This document shows, one piece after another, positions 40,355 through 53,855 of a DNA stretch of 64,000 nt; position 1 is the first letter of the stretch, and every line of letters starts with the position of its first letter. Position numbers and translations under genes: made by a program. This stretch comes from Octopus sinensis (Eukaryota), in contig NC_043018.1 in the NCBI RefSeq assembly GCF_006345805.1, positions 16,678,001 through 16,742,000 of the forward strand. Direction: 5' to 3'. Under the pieces are notes generated by a model, which saw only the letters and a program-made list of their open reading frames with translations, was not told the DNA's origin and searched no databases.

Positions 40355-40735
40355 TGGAGGCGCAATGGCCCAGTGGTTAGGGCAGCGGACTCGCGGTCGT
40401 AGGATCGCGGCTTCGGTTCTCAGACCGGGCATTGTGAGTGTTTATTGAGCGAAAACACCTAAAGCTTCACGAGGCTCCTGCAGGGGGTGGTGGTGAACCC
40501 TGCTGTACTCTTTCACCACAACTTTCTCTCACTCTTTCTTCCTGTTTCTGTTGTACCTGTATTTCAAAGGGCCAGCCTTGTCATACTCTGTGTCACGCTG
40601 AATCTCCTCGAGAACTACGTTAAGGGTAGACGTGTCTGTGGAGTGCTCAGCCACTTGCACGTTAATTCCACGAGCAAGCTGTTCCTTTGATCGTATCAGC
40701 TGGGACCCTCATCGTCGTAACCGACGGAGTGCTCC
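40355..40735 (+). mobile_element. SINE family C, full length, 14-bp TSD
   Basis: ATATTTTAAGTAAA at 40338-40351 and 40739-40752. Confidence 0.92.
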
Positions 40736-40896
40736 TATATATTTTAAGTAAAAAGTTTCTTACTCTTTACTTTACTTGAAGTAATAGCTTGTCCTATACT
40801 TTTACAGGTGTAATAACTTGTCCTGTACTTTTCCAGGTTTATAATCTTAAGAATATGACTTTTCATGCTCGCATTTGTCCATGTAATATATATACA

Positions 40897-41130
40897 CGAC
40901 GTGTTGTACAGCTGGCGTTCGCGCCGGAAGCCCCAATACGAAGACTCAAGAGTGCTTGGGTGTCAATTTGAGGATTGTGAAGAAGAATCGGAAAGAGTTG
41001 GATGAGTTTAATGGTGATTGCGAAGGTACGGCAGCCCGGAAAACTTACTGATCGTTCTGATAAGAAAAAAACTGAAATTGATGGTGAGATTCAGGTCATG
41101 ATTGACAACGATGCCTCTATGTCAATAATA
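40897..41130 (+). mobile_element. maT/DD37D-like transposase N-terminal (HTH) remnant
   Basis: Frameshifted reading gives ..RAGSPNT..ECLGVNLRIVKKNRKELDE..GEIQVMIDND.SMSI, recognised by resemblance only. Confidence 0.5.
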
Positions 41131-41369
41131 TTTCAATAATATTACGATTCAATAATATTTGATACAACACAATTGCGAGAATTTTTCAGGCATTACTTAC
41201 ATTTTTGTATAGTTTGAGAGTTTAATTTCGGAAAACGTTGAGAGAATTACACTTTACTTCAAATATTGCAAAGTAAGAATAGTGCCAAATCGTTTGATGA
41301 AAATCGTCTCACTACTTTTTCGTTTTGTGGTTGTCATACACGACATAGCGCTGCTTCAACAGAGGGTTA

Positions 41370-41545
41370 TATACGTTCTGGGTTCAAATTCCGCCGAGGT
41401 CAACTTTGCCTTTCATCCTTTCGGGGTTGATAAATAAAGTAACAGTTTCGCACTGGGGTCGATGTAATCGACTTAATCCCTTTTGTCTGTCCTTGTTTGT
41501 CCCCTCTATGTTTAGCCCCTTGTGGGCAATAAAGAAATATATAAA
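41370..41545 (+). mobile_element. SINE family A body, tail type 1
   Basis: GGTTCAAATTCCGCCGAGGTCAACTTTGCCTTTCATCC...GTTTAGCCCCTTGTGGGCAATAAAGAAATA. Confidence 0.82.
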
Positions 41546-42161
41546 GAAGAGTTTTAGATTTTCGGAACTATTTAAAGTGTCTATAATACTTATTCTTACA
41601 GTCTGAACAAGTCAAATTCTAACACACACAGAAGCACATACAACACACACACGCACATACACAAACTCTGCCATTCCTTTTAACGTACATCCTCTATCAC
41701 TTGTGGTCAACCAGAATCGCAAATGAGATTTGCATCACATTTTCCCTATCGCTTGCAGGATGTTTTCGAACTTAATCTCTCATCAAACACCAGATAAGAA
41801 GTCAGAGGACGATTAAAAAACGTATTCTCTTTCAGATCTACTCATTGTCAGAGTTACTGCTTTTTTTATTAATCTTTAAGACAAGATATGACATGCTTCA
41901 GATGCCAAGAGGCAATTGGTAATATGCAAGTCAACATTGGAATGGTTGTCGAAAGTCTGCAAGAATTATGAGATCAGTTTGACACTCTGTTGATAAAAAT
42001 CAATATAAATCGCACACAATTTGCAAATTGAGATTAAATTCTATGAGCTGAGGAACAAAGGAGAAATAAAAGTTTAGATTGGAACCAGTCAGGTGGCGGA
42101 AACCAGGCGAAGGTTCCTTAGATACAAAATCATTATTCAAAAACCGTTATTTATTTATTTG

Positions 42162-42546
42162 TGGAGGCGCAATGGCCCAGTGGTTAGGGCAGCGGACTCG
42201 CGGTCATAGGATCGCGGTTTCGATTCCCAAACCGGGCGTTGTGAGTGTTTATTGAGCGAAAACACCTAAAAGCTCCACGAGGCTCCGGCAGGGGATGGTG
42301 GTGATCCCTGCTGTACTCTTTCACCACAACTTTCTCTCACTCTTACTTCCTGTTTCTGTTGTACCTGTATTTCAAGGGGCCGGCCTTGTCACTCTCTGTG
42401 TCACGCTGAATATCCCCGAGAACTACGTTAAGGGTACACGTGTCTGTGGAGTGCTCAGCCACTTACACGTTAATTTCACGAGCAGGCTGTTCCATTGATT
42501 CGGATCAACCGAAACCCTCGTCGTCGTAACCGACGGAGTGCTTCCA
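42162..42546 (+). mobile_element. SINE family C, full length
   Basis: A box TGGCCCAGTGG, B box GTTTCGATTCC; flanked by (TTTA)n. Confidence 0.92.
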
Positions 42547-43448
42547 TCCATTTATTTATTTATTTATTTATTTATTGACGATTTAATTATTCAGTAATTC
42601 TTTTCTCGTGAGATTCATTAGATTGTGTGGTTGTATACTGCCAACATAACGTGACAGTCCCGTAAAGGGAATTACACCACCGCTATTTAGCCCTAGGAAG
42701 CATCGACGCTTCCTGTCGGCTTTGACACATTTCCTGTGTCCTTATATTTTCGAAGGGGAGGCAAGCACCCCCACCAGCTGGGACACAGAAGAGTGGGTTG
42801 ACAGCTCATTGCTAGGTATGGTCATAAATATTGTCATAGGTATCCATTTTCCTCAAGAGAAAGGAAAAAAGATATTAGGAAGAGTTAATTTGATAGAAAG
42901 TAACAGTCTATTAAAAAAAAAGAGAAGCAGAGTAGGAGTAGAGTGTAAATCATGATGTTAATTACCAGTTAAAGGAGCAAGACACTAAGGAAACGTTTAT
43001 TAGGGGCACGATGGGGGAACATTTATAAACAATATTGTTAATGTTGTATAAAAATAACATTTAAAATTCCAAATTAATATAACGAAAATAGATAAAAATG
43101 TGTTTATATTATTATAAACATTAAAAAGGAAGATTATGTAGAATCAGTTTAATAGCCATTCTTGTGCTTAATTAATTAATTAATTAATTATTAGGTGTTT
43201 TCTGTATATACTGCTCAAGGCTCTTACATGTGGAATATCTGGAAAAATATACATATGAATTTCAAAGCATGAATCAGAAGCGCGATATCAAGATAATGGT
43301 AACACATAGACATATTTAAGCAAAAATTATAAAATCTAAAGTATTATAAATATAGAAATGCTCGAAAATTATGTGATGATATAAGTATGTGTAAAGCATA
43401 AAATTTGCATACAGATTCATATACAAAGAGGGTTTATATACATATAAA

Positions 43449-43819
43449 GGCGTAGGAGTGGCTGTGTGGTAAGTAGCTTGTTTACCAACCACATGTATCC
43501 GGGTTCAGTCCCACTGCGTGGCACCTTAGGCAAGTGTCTTCTGCTATAGCCCCGGGCCGACCAATGCCTTGTGAGTGGATTTGGTAGACGGAAACTGAAA
43601 AGAAGTCTGTCGTATATATGTATATATATATGTATGTGTGTTTGTGTGTCTGTGTTTGTCCACACCAACATCGCTTGACAACCGATGCTGGTGTGTTTAC
43701 GTCCCCCTAACTTAGCGGTTCGGCAAAAGAGACCGATAGAATAAGTACTAGGCTTACAAAGAATAAGTCCTGGGATCGATTTGCTCGACTAAAGGCGCTG
43801 CTCCAGCATGGCCACAGCT
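43449..43819 (+). mobile_element. SINE family B, near full length
   Basis: tRNA-like head, CORE-like CACCTTAGGCAAGTGTC, internal (TA/TG)n, LINE-like tail. Confidence 0.9.
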
Positions 43820-44080
43820 TTTTAATATTCTCCCAAAGAGTCTGAGGAACTTGCACAAAGTAGATGTAGCGGTTTTTAAATCAAAGCTGGACATCTTCCT
43901 GTCAAGAGTCCCAGATGAACCTACCTCACGGCAAGAGGTGCAAATGAGAGTAGCTGTATCAAACTCCATTCTTCACCAAGTGTCACATATTAGACGAGGT
44001 TCGTCGTAATAACAGTGTAGCACAAAACGGCGGTGCATCAGCATGGCCGCAGCTCTGAGCTGAAACTGGAAAAAAAAAAA
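43812..44080 (+). mobile_element. CR1/L2-group LINE 3' end
   Basis: PQLFNILPKSLRNLHKVDVAVFKSKLDIFLSRVPDEPT...; 3' tail GGCGGTGCATCAGCATGGCCGCAGCTCTGAGCTGAAACT followed by A-run. Confidence 0.8.
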
Positions 44081-44307
44081 TATATATATATATACATGCA
44101 TACACACACACAGATATGTGCATATATGCATATATACATATACACAAATATTTATACGCTTATATGAATATAATATATAGACCCAAGTAACTGAAAGATA
44201 ACAATTTACGAACAAGAAAAATAACAATTTAAAAGGGATAAGAGGTTAATAAGTAAAGATATCAAAATAAGAAAACAAAATAAGAATTTATAGAAAATAA
44301 TAATAAA

Positions 44308-44560
<253 letters not shown>

Positions 44561-44745
44561 CTCCGCTCAGTCGAAGTCGACTCTCGGTTACTCGATGGAT
44601 CAGTGTCCTCCAGTCAGTTCTATCCTGGGCCACTTCTTTCAGATTGGCTATGTCCATTCCGGTATCACTCTTGATGGTGTCAAGCCAGCGGGTTCTTGGT
44701 CGGCCTCTTCCTCTCTTGCCACTGACCATTCCGAGCATGATGTCC
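44561..44745 (-). mobile_element. BovB-like RTE LINE 3' end
   Basis: MLGMVSGKRGRGRPRTRWLDTIKSDTGM....LKE.AQDRTDWRTLIHRVTESRLRL. Confidence 0.85.
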
Positions 44746-44846
44746 TTAGCCTACGTATAAAGTGACAGGGGATTAAGATTAGAGGTAGGGAAAAGATAAA
44801 GATAACCGCAAAACGGGGTTAATAGGTATGGAAGTAGTGAGGACAG

Positions 44847-45079
44847 TTACTCTTTTACTCTTTTACTCTTTTACTTGTTTCAGTCATTTGACTGCGGCCA
44901 TGCTGGAGCACCGCCTTTAGTCGAGCAAATCGACACCAGGACTTATTCTTTGTAAGCCTAGTACCTATTCTATCGGTCTCTTTTGCCGAACCGCTAAGTT
45001 AGAGGGACGTTAAAACACCAGCATCGGTTGTCAAACGATGTTGGGGTGGACAAACACAGACACTCAAACATATACATAC

Positions 45080-45123
<44 letters not shown>

Positions 45124-45285
45124 GACGGGCTTCTTTCAGTTTCCGTCTACCAAATCCACTCACAAAGCTTTGGTCGGCCCGAGGCTATAGTAGAAGACAT
45201 TTGCCCAAGGTGCCACGCAGTGGGACTGAACCCGGAAACATGTGGTTGATAAGCAAGCTACTTACCACACAACCACTTCTGCGCC
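44847..45285 (-). mobile_element. SINE family B, full length, (TAAAAGAG)n tail
   Basis: Reverse match to 43449-43819 and 63094-63505. Confidence 0.9.
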
Positions 45286-45879
45286 TTGTTTGTTGTAAAC
45301 CACTACGCCATATGCCCACGAGCATATGGCGTAGTGGTTAAGAGCGCGGGATACTGAATAAAGGATCTGAACATTTATTCAGATGTGTATCGTGCACTGT
45401 GTTGTATTATTTGTGTGTGTTGTGTGCTGCTCCTAATTAGAAATCTGAACTCAAGACTTCAACTAACGATAAGGCACTATTTATTTCAGCCAGTTGGAGG
45501 ACTTACACCTAGGGCATCCACCTGGTGAAAATAGTAGTCTAATCTCACTCAAATTCCACCTTATAGTCTTAAAAAAATATAAAAGTACATCGTGTATTGC
45601 ATATAGTCGGTTTTTTTATCCTTAAGAATACAAATAATCATGTGAAAGAATATTTTTTATGTTATATCAGGGAATTGAAACTGATCTGCAGTTAATTAAC
45701 AACAATAATAATAACAACACATACTGTTAATCAGTTAAAACTTCGTATACAGTAGTGATTTGGTAGTGTGGAGATCGTAGGACAATTTCTGTGTAAAATT
45801 ATAGCTCATAACATTTTGAATTCAAATACCGCCATCACCAAATTTGTCATTCAGCTTCCGGGAGTCTTACAAGATATGG

Positions 45880-46272
45880 ATGGAAGCACTCCGTCGGTTA
45901 CGACGACGAGGGTTCCGGTTGATCCGATCAACGGAACAGCCTGCTCGTGAAATTAACGTGTAAGAGGCTGAGCACTCCACAGACACGTGTACCCTTAACG
46001 TAGTTCTCGGGGATATTCAGCGTGACACACAGAGTGACAAGGCCGGCCCCTTGAAATACAGGTACAACAGAAACAGGAAGTAAGAGTGAGAGAAAGTTGT
46101 GGTGAAAGAGTACAGCAGGGATTACCACCATCTCCCTGCCGGAGCCTCGTGGAGCTTTTAGGTGTTTTCGCTTAATAAACACTCACAACGCCCGGTCTGG
46201 GAATCGAAAATCGAAACCGCGATACTATGACCGCGAGTCCGCTGCCCTAACCACTGGGCCATTGCGCCTCCA
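45880..46272 (-). mobile_element. SINE family C, full length, 12-bp TSD, inserted into a decayed family A copy
   Basis: CTTACAAGATAT at 45866-45877 and 46274-46285. Confidence 0.92.
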
Positions 46273-46835
46273 CCTTACAAGATATAATAGAGGTTGAGTA
46301 CGTGGGACAGTCGAATCAACTATGTTTCCCAAATCTAAAACGTCATCCCATGTTAAATGTAATTAAAAATAAAAATTTATGCGATTGACTGAACTAAGTA
46401 CCGGATAAAATACTTCGCCGGATTTAGTAACGTCTCTTTACTTTCTTAGTTCAAGTCCTGCCAAGGTCAATTTACAAAATGATAAACGCAGTACAAGGCT
46501 AAAAACAAAAAAAATTAGAGGTGGGGGACTCATAAACCAACAAATCATCACACAACCATACACCCTACAGCAACGAAATAACAAGCATTTCCAGCAAAAC
46601 AAACAACACAAACGTTACAAACACCAACAACAAATGAAAACACTTAGCAATCCAGACCAACAACATGAACAGCACTTCCAAGTCTTCCGGTATCAATAAA
46701 ATAAAGTTTCAATTAGGTACCTGGGTAAATAGAATCGACAACAAACAACCCTCACCTCTGTTCAAGATTAATATTTAGAACTGGTTGCAACATCTGGTCT
46801 TGCCCCATGTTTATAAATTCTTAAAATATATTCAA

Positions 46836-47137
46836 CTAGCAGTATCGCCCGGCGTTGCTCGGGTTTGTAAGGGAAATAACTATATAAGCATTTTTAGAGA
46901 GTTACCTCCCTTATATAATAGCCAAAAAAATGCATTAAAAATGGGAAAAAATTATGGTAAATTTTTTCAAATCGTAGACTCATCGTAGACGCGCGCTAAT
47001 ACCCAGAAGGGCTCGATATGAATCACGACTATAGGATACCCGCTTTTGGTTAAACTGCACCGCAAAATGTGGGAGTAGTTAGGAATCTAAATCGTAGGAG
47101 ACAGACACTCACACAACTTCACTTTTATATATAAAGA
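46836..47137 (-). mobile_element. Non-autonomous Helitron, short form, intact ends
   Basis: Minus strand A|TCTTTATATATAAAAG...CCCGAGCAACGCCGGG-CGATACTG-CTAG|T: TC start, subterminal hairpin, CTAG end, A/T target, no TSD. Confidence 0.9.
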
Positions 47138-47708
47138 TAGGATTTGAGTATATTTTATCATTTAGTTAGGAGCTAGTGAAGGGCTCCTAAGACCGTGGTT
47201 AGTGAGTGAAGAGGGAAACCTCAAAAGTGGTGGCCTGAATATCTGCAACAGGTCAGTAGATTTCGCTAAACCTTTCACACGACCAGGTGGTGCTGTTAAT
47301 CTGCTTATTGGATTAAATCTACATTCAGATAGACCGCAGTACGATTTGCACTTGAATACACTAAATACACCACACACACACATACACACACGAATAAATA
47401 TCGCAAAGTTTCCGTCCAGTCAAAGGCTCAAACGATTCCATTAGTCCGTGGTTCAAAAGTGGAATTTCAGTTATTTATTCTAAACTAATAAAATCAAAGT
47501 TCATCGGCGGGATTTGAACTCAAGAAAAGAAAAGAAAAGAAAAGAAATACAACACACAGTGATGTCCAGTTCGATGCCTTGACCTCTTTGTCAGTTTCTC
47601 ACAGTGCTACAGACTGCAGTTGGTCAAGGAACGAGGAGTCACTCAGAACTTGTTCTCAAGCAGTTCAGAGGCTTAATTCAGGTGTTCGTAGTAGTGGTAG
47701 TGGTAGTG

Positions 47709-47748
<40 letters not shown>

Positions 47749-47809
47749 AAATCCTTTCTACTATAGGCAAAATGCCTGAAATTGTAGAGGAGGGGAAAAT
47801 TGTGGAATG

Positions 47810-49770
47810 TTTGACAAACGGCGACCACTCCTGGTCGCCGTCTAGGAAGCACTGGAGATGACGTAGCCGCAGCGCATATTTGTGCATCAGCAACCACGGC
47901 ATGCCTACTCCTGCAGCGGGTGTTAACAGTACGTGACCAATGGAACGTGTTCTTTCTACAGAAGGCGGAAGAGTATGGGCTCCAATTTGGTCAGGCGTAA
48001 GCCGGAGTAGGGTACGATGGTCAGAAGTTAGTATATGACCGATGCGATGTAAGCATTCGCGCACTCCGCTCGACCTTTCAGAGGCGGCTTTCTCTCGGCC
48101 CATTTCTGGATGAGATTGGACCCTGTTCGTAACGTCATCCCTGTTCTTCTCCACCTGCAGATCTGGACCAGACCAAACCCCCAGGCAATTTAAACGGTCC
48201 CTCCGTCCAGCTTCTTACAGCGTTATTGGACGGCATGGGCCTTCCTCTCCAGGTGCCGAGCTGCATTCTCACTGACTTTCCTTCTTAAATTTTTGCTCCT
48301 GTTACTGCCTCGTTTTCTTTTAAAGCAGTGTTGTGTAGGCCTATGGGCCTGGTATTTGACATTATGATGGTGGTGTCTGTGTATACCAACACAGTTTTCC
48401 CACGTCCTAGTTCGTGCGGGATGTCTCCCAACGCCTCTAATTTTCACTGTAGCAACTCTGGAGTCAGGACATACAGAGGAGACAAGAGCGGATAACCTTG
48501 ATGGACCGAGTGCATGATGCTCTATGGTTCTTCTATGTAACTATTCATCCGAATTACCAAGCAAATTCAGCCATGGGAAACGGGACCGAAACCAGCCACT
48601 GTGAGAACGGCGGCCGCCAAGTATTCGTGGTCGGCCCTTTCGAAGATATTAGATTGATCCAAATGGATCAGAGCCCCACACATACCAGCTTTTTTTTTAC
48701 CCACCCTGTCTATGATGCATCATATGAGGTGGAGGTTTATGTGGATAAAGCTGCTTGAGTAATAAGTCACCAATCAGTTCCTCTCCGATAAACGCTAACC
48801 TCTTTACTAATAGGCAAAACTTTTGGGCCTAAAATTTTCTATTTGATCCCCCTCGTTTGGGTCCTTTCTCAGTAGAGTCACCGCTCCACGACTCAAAGAA
48901 CTAGAGATTCTCACGTTGTGCTACCAGATACGGTAGATATTTAAGTGGCCGTCAAACAAATTTGGCATATAAAAGTAAAGCTAACAAAGCAAGCCATCGA
49001 CACCAGGCGATTTGGCCCCGGTCCAGCCCATCATTGCATTCCGTATTTCTACGTATGTTATCGGCATTTTGCAACACTCCGCCCTCTCCTGTCCCGTTTG
49101 CTGAGAGTCATGACATGCCGTCGAGGTGGTCCATCTTACGTTCCGGATTACCATTCATCCTAAACATTTGGGCGAAGTGCTGCTGAAATTCCGCACACAT
49201 CTGCTCGCACTCGAGTGACATGTGCTCATTTTGGTTCACCATAGACCAAACTATGGCCTTGTTGCAACTCGGGTCCATTGAGCGGCTTTTGTTTCCCTCC
49301 TTTCTTAGCTCTGGCACCTTAGCTCAGGCAATGCATCATTCGTGCATAGCGATGAAGAATTGATTCAAGGCCAATTTCGCCACCAACACGTCGGTTACGA
49401 TATCTTTCCTAAGCGTCTCTCCTAAGTTTCTAACTTTGCCCTTTATTTCATTCTATTGTTAAAGCCTTACTAAACTCACTTGATTCTACTCTAATTATCC
49501 TTTTTTTTTTTGGCAAACCACCATTTATTGTTGACGACTGGCCCCTTCAACGCCCGCTTAAATAATCCCGACTCTCAAAGCTTGGCACGTTGTGATTGAC
49601 GTCTTAAACTTCCAGTAACCGGGTCCCTGCCAACGAAGTCTAAGTCGACCATGCAGATCACAAATTTGTAGTCTGTGAGGCTGACGATGTTGAAAGGTGG
49701 ACAACTTATACTATCCTTATCTACTGGCCTCCTGTATACTCTATCAAGTACGACCTTGATTGATTGAATG
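47810..49770 (-). mobile_element. Decayed L1/Tx1-clade LINE ORF2 (APE end and RT)
   Basis: In order: LDRVY...SLTDYKFV (APE end), VTLLRKDPNEGDQIENFRP, GALIHLDQS..F.RADHEYL, SVHQGYPLLSPLYVL, GPDLQVEKN; many stops and frameshifts. Confidence 0.8.
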
Positions 49771-49774
49771 CTAC

Positions 49775-50300
49775 CTTCCATACTGCGCTGCAATAGTTTC
49801 CCAGATACCAAGTGTTCTGTCTCAGTTTTCAAACTGCAGAACTGAAGCTCTGTCAAGGAGACTAGTGGAGATACTGCAGCCTCGGTGAATGTCTGATCAC
49901 CATCAGCCACGCCATGCCCAGTTCTCTGGATGTTGGCAGCAATTTAAATACCTGACCAATGGGCGGTGTCCCTTCTACAAAACCAGGAAGACGACGTCAG
50001 CCTGTACTAGATAATGGAGACGTTGTAGGTGTTCACATCACCTGCCCAATTTTTCAGGAATAACTTTCTCCAGGTCTCTTTCTTGCTAAGACTGGCTGAA
50101 CTCTCATTATCTTGTGTCAGTTCTTACACTGGACGTCTGGACCAAACCAGATGCCAAGTAATTTAACCACTGCCCTAAAAGGTTCAGGGACCATCTTAAG
50201 CATGTTCTCAACATCTGTAACATTCAACCGGCACAACTTGAACTCTTTGCTCGTAACTGGCAAACCCTGCGCTCCCCCTGCGACGAAGGGTCTGCACACT
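49775..50300 (-). mobile_element. Second L1/Tx1 RT C-terminal fragment
   Basis: VKLLGIWFGPDVQCKN repeats the motif at ~48150-48200. Confidence 0.65.
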
Positions 50301-50989
50301 TTGAACTAATCCGACGTGAAAAACTTGAGGAACAGAGACGTCAACGTCATCTCAAACTCACCAAGTGTGTTCATGGATATGCCGTAACAGGATCGGACGA
50401 TTTTCACATCTATCAACTCACTAAATGTAGTATAAGACTCTAAGAGGACAATGTGGTCGTCAACATTGTCGGACAGCCATAAGCAAGTAACTTTATGTTG
50501 GATTTGGTGCGATAAGTACTCAAGGTACATCATCGAAATCTTGGGAGTTTCTAATGAGGACCGATTTTTTTTTACTCTTTCTCTTCTTCTTTCCGTTTTT
50601 ACGGAGAGAATTTTCCATTTTTCCTCATTACACAAATTATCTGAATGGAGGAGAGCTATGTCTCATCGAATGTGGCTGGAGGATTTTGTCGCTGATGCTG
50701 ATGATGCTGTTCTTGTTATTGTTGTCAAGAAGAGGGTTCTGTGACTTCAGTTAGTGATGCAGCTTCTGCAGCTGCTGCTGACGATGAGGATTTTGCTGCT
50801 GCAGCTTGTTTGTTTGTTTGTTTGTTGAGCGAAGCGGTCTTCGTCCCAGAATGGGAGAAGTCCGAAACGTGGTTCTTTACTATTCGTAAGACCCACGGAA
50901 GAGAAAGCAGGTCAATCCCCGACACCGAGAGCTTCGACAGATGGATGAATGTGAATCCAGGCTCATCGGTTGCGTAGGAAGTCGGGGAT

Positions 50990-51185
50990 AAGAAACAGGA
51001 AGAAAGAGTGAGAGAAAGTTGTGGTGAAAGAGTACAACAGGGGTCGCCACCACCCCCTGCCGGAGCCTCGTGGAGCTTTAGGTGTTTTCGCTCAATAAAC
51101 GTACACAACGCCCGGTCTGGGAATCGAAACCGCGATCCTCCGACCGCGATTCCGCTACCCTAACCACTGGGCCATTGCGCCCCCA
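50990..51185 (-). mobile_element. SINE family C, 5' half
   Basis: Matches the head of 40355-40735. Confidence 0.85.
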
Positions 51186-51505
51186 CTGCTGCTGCAGCTC
51201 TTGTTGCAAGTGTGTATTATTGTTCATATTTATCAAGCTGTGGTGTTAGCAGCAATGGAGGACTTCTTTCATTTACCCTCGGTCATGGACAGAAAGCCAT
51301 GTGGCAGATGGTCACATACGTGACATTATGGCTTTCGACCTTTTACCTCCACATACAAATGGACTCCACCTGGAAAGTGAATCAAGTTGAATATGGCTTC
51401 GATTTTCTCCTGATCTGTTCGGATGAAGACCTCCATTCGTATCCCCGAGCAGTTTTCTTTGCGCGTCTCCTCTTCAATGTTGTCACATACAGTTGCTACC
51501 AACCT

Positions 51506-51737
51506 TTTTCTTTATTACCCACAAGGGGCTAAACACAGAGGGGATAAAACAAGGACAGACAAAAGGATTAAGTCGATTACATCGACTCCAGTGCGTAACA
51601 GGTATTTAATTTATCGACCCCGAAAGGATGAAAGGCAAAGTCGACCTCGGCGGAATTTGAACTCAGAACGTAACGGCAAACGAAATACGGCTACGCATTT
51701 CGCCCGGCGTGCTAACGTTCCTGCCAGCTCGTCGCCT
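51506..51737 (-). mobile_element. SINE family A monomer, full length, 18-bp TSD
   Basis: TACAGTTGCTACCAACCT at 51488-51505 and 51738-51755. Confidence 0.92.
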
Positions 51738-52339
51738 TACAGTTGCTACCAACCTGCAGATGTTTATTTCAGGCGTACAATTACCACCCTTACCTTTGTC
51801 ACTTGTCAGCCAAGATACGTGGGTTTTAGAAATAATTCCTCATTTTTGCGAGAGACAGTGTATTGTTACTTTGATCTCCGTCGGGGATCTGACACCTACC
51901 TTTACTGAAATGTCTGTGGCGAGTGCTAAATGTCCTTTAAATCAGAAAGAAATCTTGGCATCTTTGTACTAGTGAAATTCGCCTACTACTGTGCACCTGG
52001 TTCTTCTAAAATGATGCAGGTTTTCTCACAAAATTGATGAAGAACTTTTACGCACCACTAACTATGTAATTACTTTGAACAGTATCATGTTGTGCAGTTG
52101 ACATAAACCTCATCGTAAAGCACTAAAACTTCTGTATGGAACACTAGTAAACCATTTGGGACACGTTGTGTTACATAACTGAGCTAAATGTCACGAAGAA
52201 GTAAGCAGTTTTCTTTGTCAAGTTGTCTGCGATAAACAAGGGTCGCGTCAAGTAGGGGACTATCACTCGGTATCATAACTGTTCAGGTTGTTGTACTTTG
52301 GTCAATACTACCTTATCTCATTGACGCATTGGAGGATAA

Positions 52340-52790
52340 TAACCACCGCCGCCGCCACCAACACCACCACCACTACCACCACCATCACCACCACCACCAC
52401 CACCACCACCACTCCACCACCACCAACACCAGCACCACCACCGCCCTCACAACAAGAACCAGCGGTATTACCATAATCATCATAGTCACTGCTATGTCCC
52501 TCACTGTCGACACCTCTATTGCTACCGCCAAGACTATAATCACTAGCACTGTTGCCGTAACCACTACCACCAGCACCACTACCACAACGATCATTACTAC
52601 TCTTACTGCCGCTATCGTCCCAATTGCTATCACTACTTTCACAGCTACCGCTACAACTACCACGACCATCACCACCACCCTGTTCTAACACAAGCTTTTA
52701 CTATGACCACTTCTATTTTCACAACTAACACTTATCACCCTAACTACCAACGTTACTTCCACAAAGTATACCCTGACTCGCGCTACTACC
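52340..52790. repeat. Degenerate (ACC/ACT)n low-complexity tract
   Basis: Direct reading; gives Thr-, Gly- and Val-rich spurious ORFs. Confidence 0.85.
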
Positions 52791-53122
52791 AGCATCTGGG
52801 CTTCTTTCTAGACATGGAACACACAAGAAGGGGACACGAGGCCATGGTTGAATAATCCACTCAGAACTTTCCACTCAGAGATCCACTCAGAACTTTCTCT
52901 GCCAACTTTATCGCAATCAATCACAAATCAATCACAATCAATCACAAATCAATCACAATCAATCACAAATCAAATTTATTTAGAATAAAAATTACTTCAC
53001 TTAATGTAGAGAAGTATCTACACATATAAGTATGTATAAAGTATGTATAACAACATGAATAACAGTATGTTTATACACTGATGCACGTCAAATAAGGCTT
53101 ATGTAAACATTCTATATATATA

Positions 53123-53509
53123 GGCGCAGGAGTGGCTGTGTGGTAAGTAGCTTGCTAACCAACCACATGGTTTCGGGTTCAGTCCCACTGCGTGGCATCT
53201 TGGGCAAGTGTCTTCTGCTATAGCCCCGGGCTGACCAATGCCTTGTGAGTGGATTTGGTAGCCGGAAACTTAAAGAAGCCTGTCGTATATATGTATATAT
53301 ATATATGTGTGTGTGTGCTTGTGTGTCTGTGTTTGTCCCCCTAGCATTGCTTGACAACCGATGCTGGTGCGTTTATGTCCCCGTCACTTGGCGGTTCGGC
53401 AAGAGAGACCGATAGAATAAGTACTGGGCTTACAAAAGAATAATTCCCGGGGTCCAGCATGGCCGCAGTCAAATGACTGAAACAAGTAAGAGTAAGAGTA
53501 AGTAAGAGT
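53123..53509 (+). mobile_element. SINE family B, full length
   Basis: Same head, body and tail as other copies; (GTAAGA)n end. Confidence 0.9.
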
Positions 53510-53772
53510 ATATCTACATATATATATATATCTACGTGTACGTGAGTTGTCTGTATGTCACCTTGTATTCTTAAAGCACAAAACGCGTGCGCACGAAACT
53601 ACCTAGTTATAATTTGCCACAATGCATAAGGAAGTTTGTATGACATTTGCTTTGAGAAATAGCAGCCAAATTTCCCCCACAGCTTAGAGTGCTCTTCAAG
53701 ACGAAAGGAAAAACATTGTTGAAATGAAGTATATATATATATATATATATAATATATATATATATATTATAT

Positions 53773-53855
<83 letters not shown>

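Noticed and set aside
40355-40430. tRNA gene (also heads of other SINE copies)
   Set aside because: A and B boxes present but no full cloverleaf; continues into a SINE body with TSDs
51330-51480. Possible Gypsy RT remnant (IRTDQEKIEAI) on the minus strand
   Set aside because: Single short motif with no other pol motifs or LTRs
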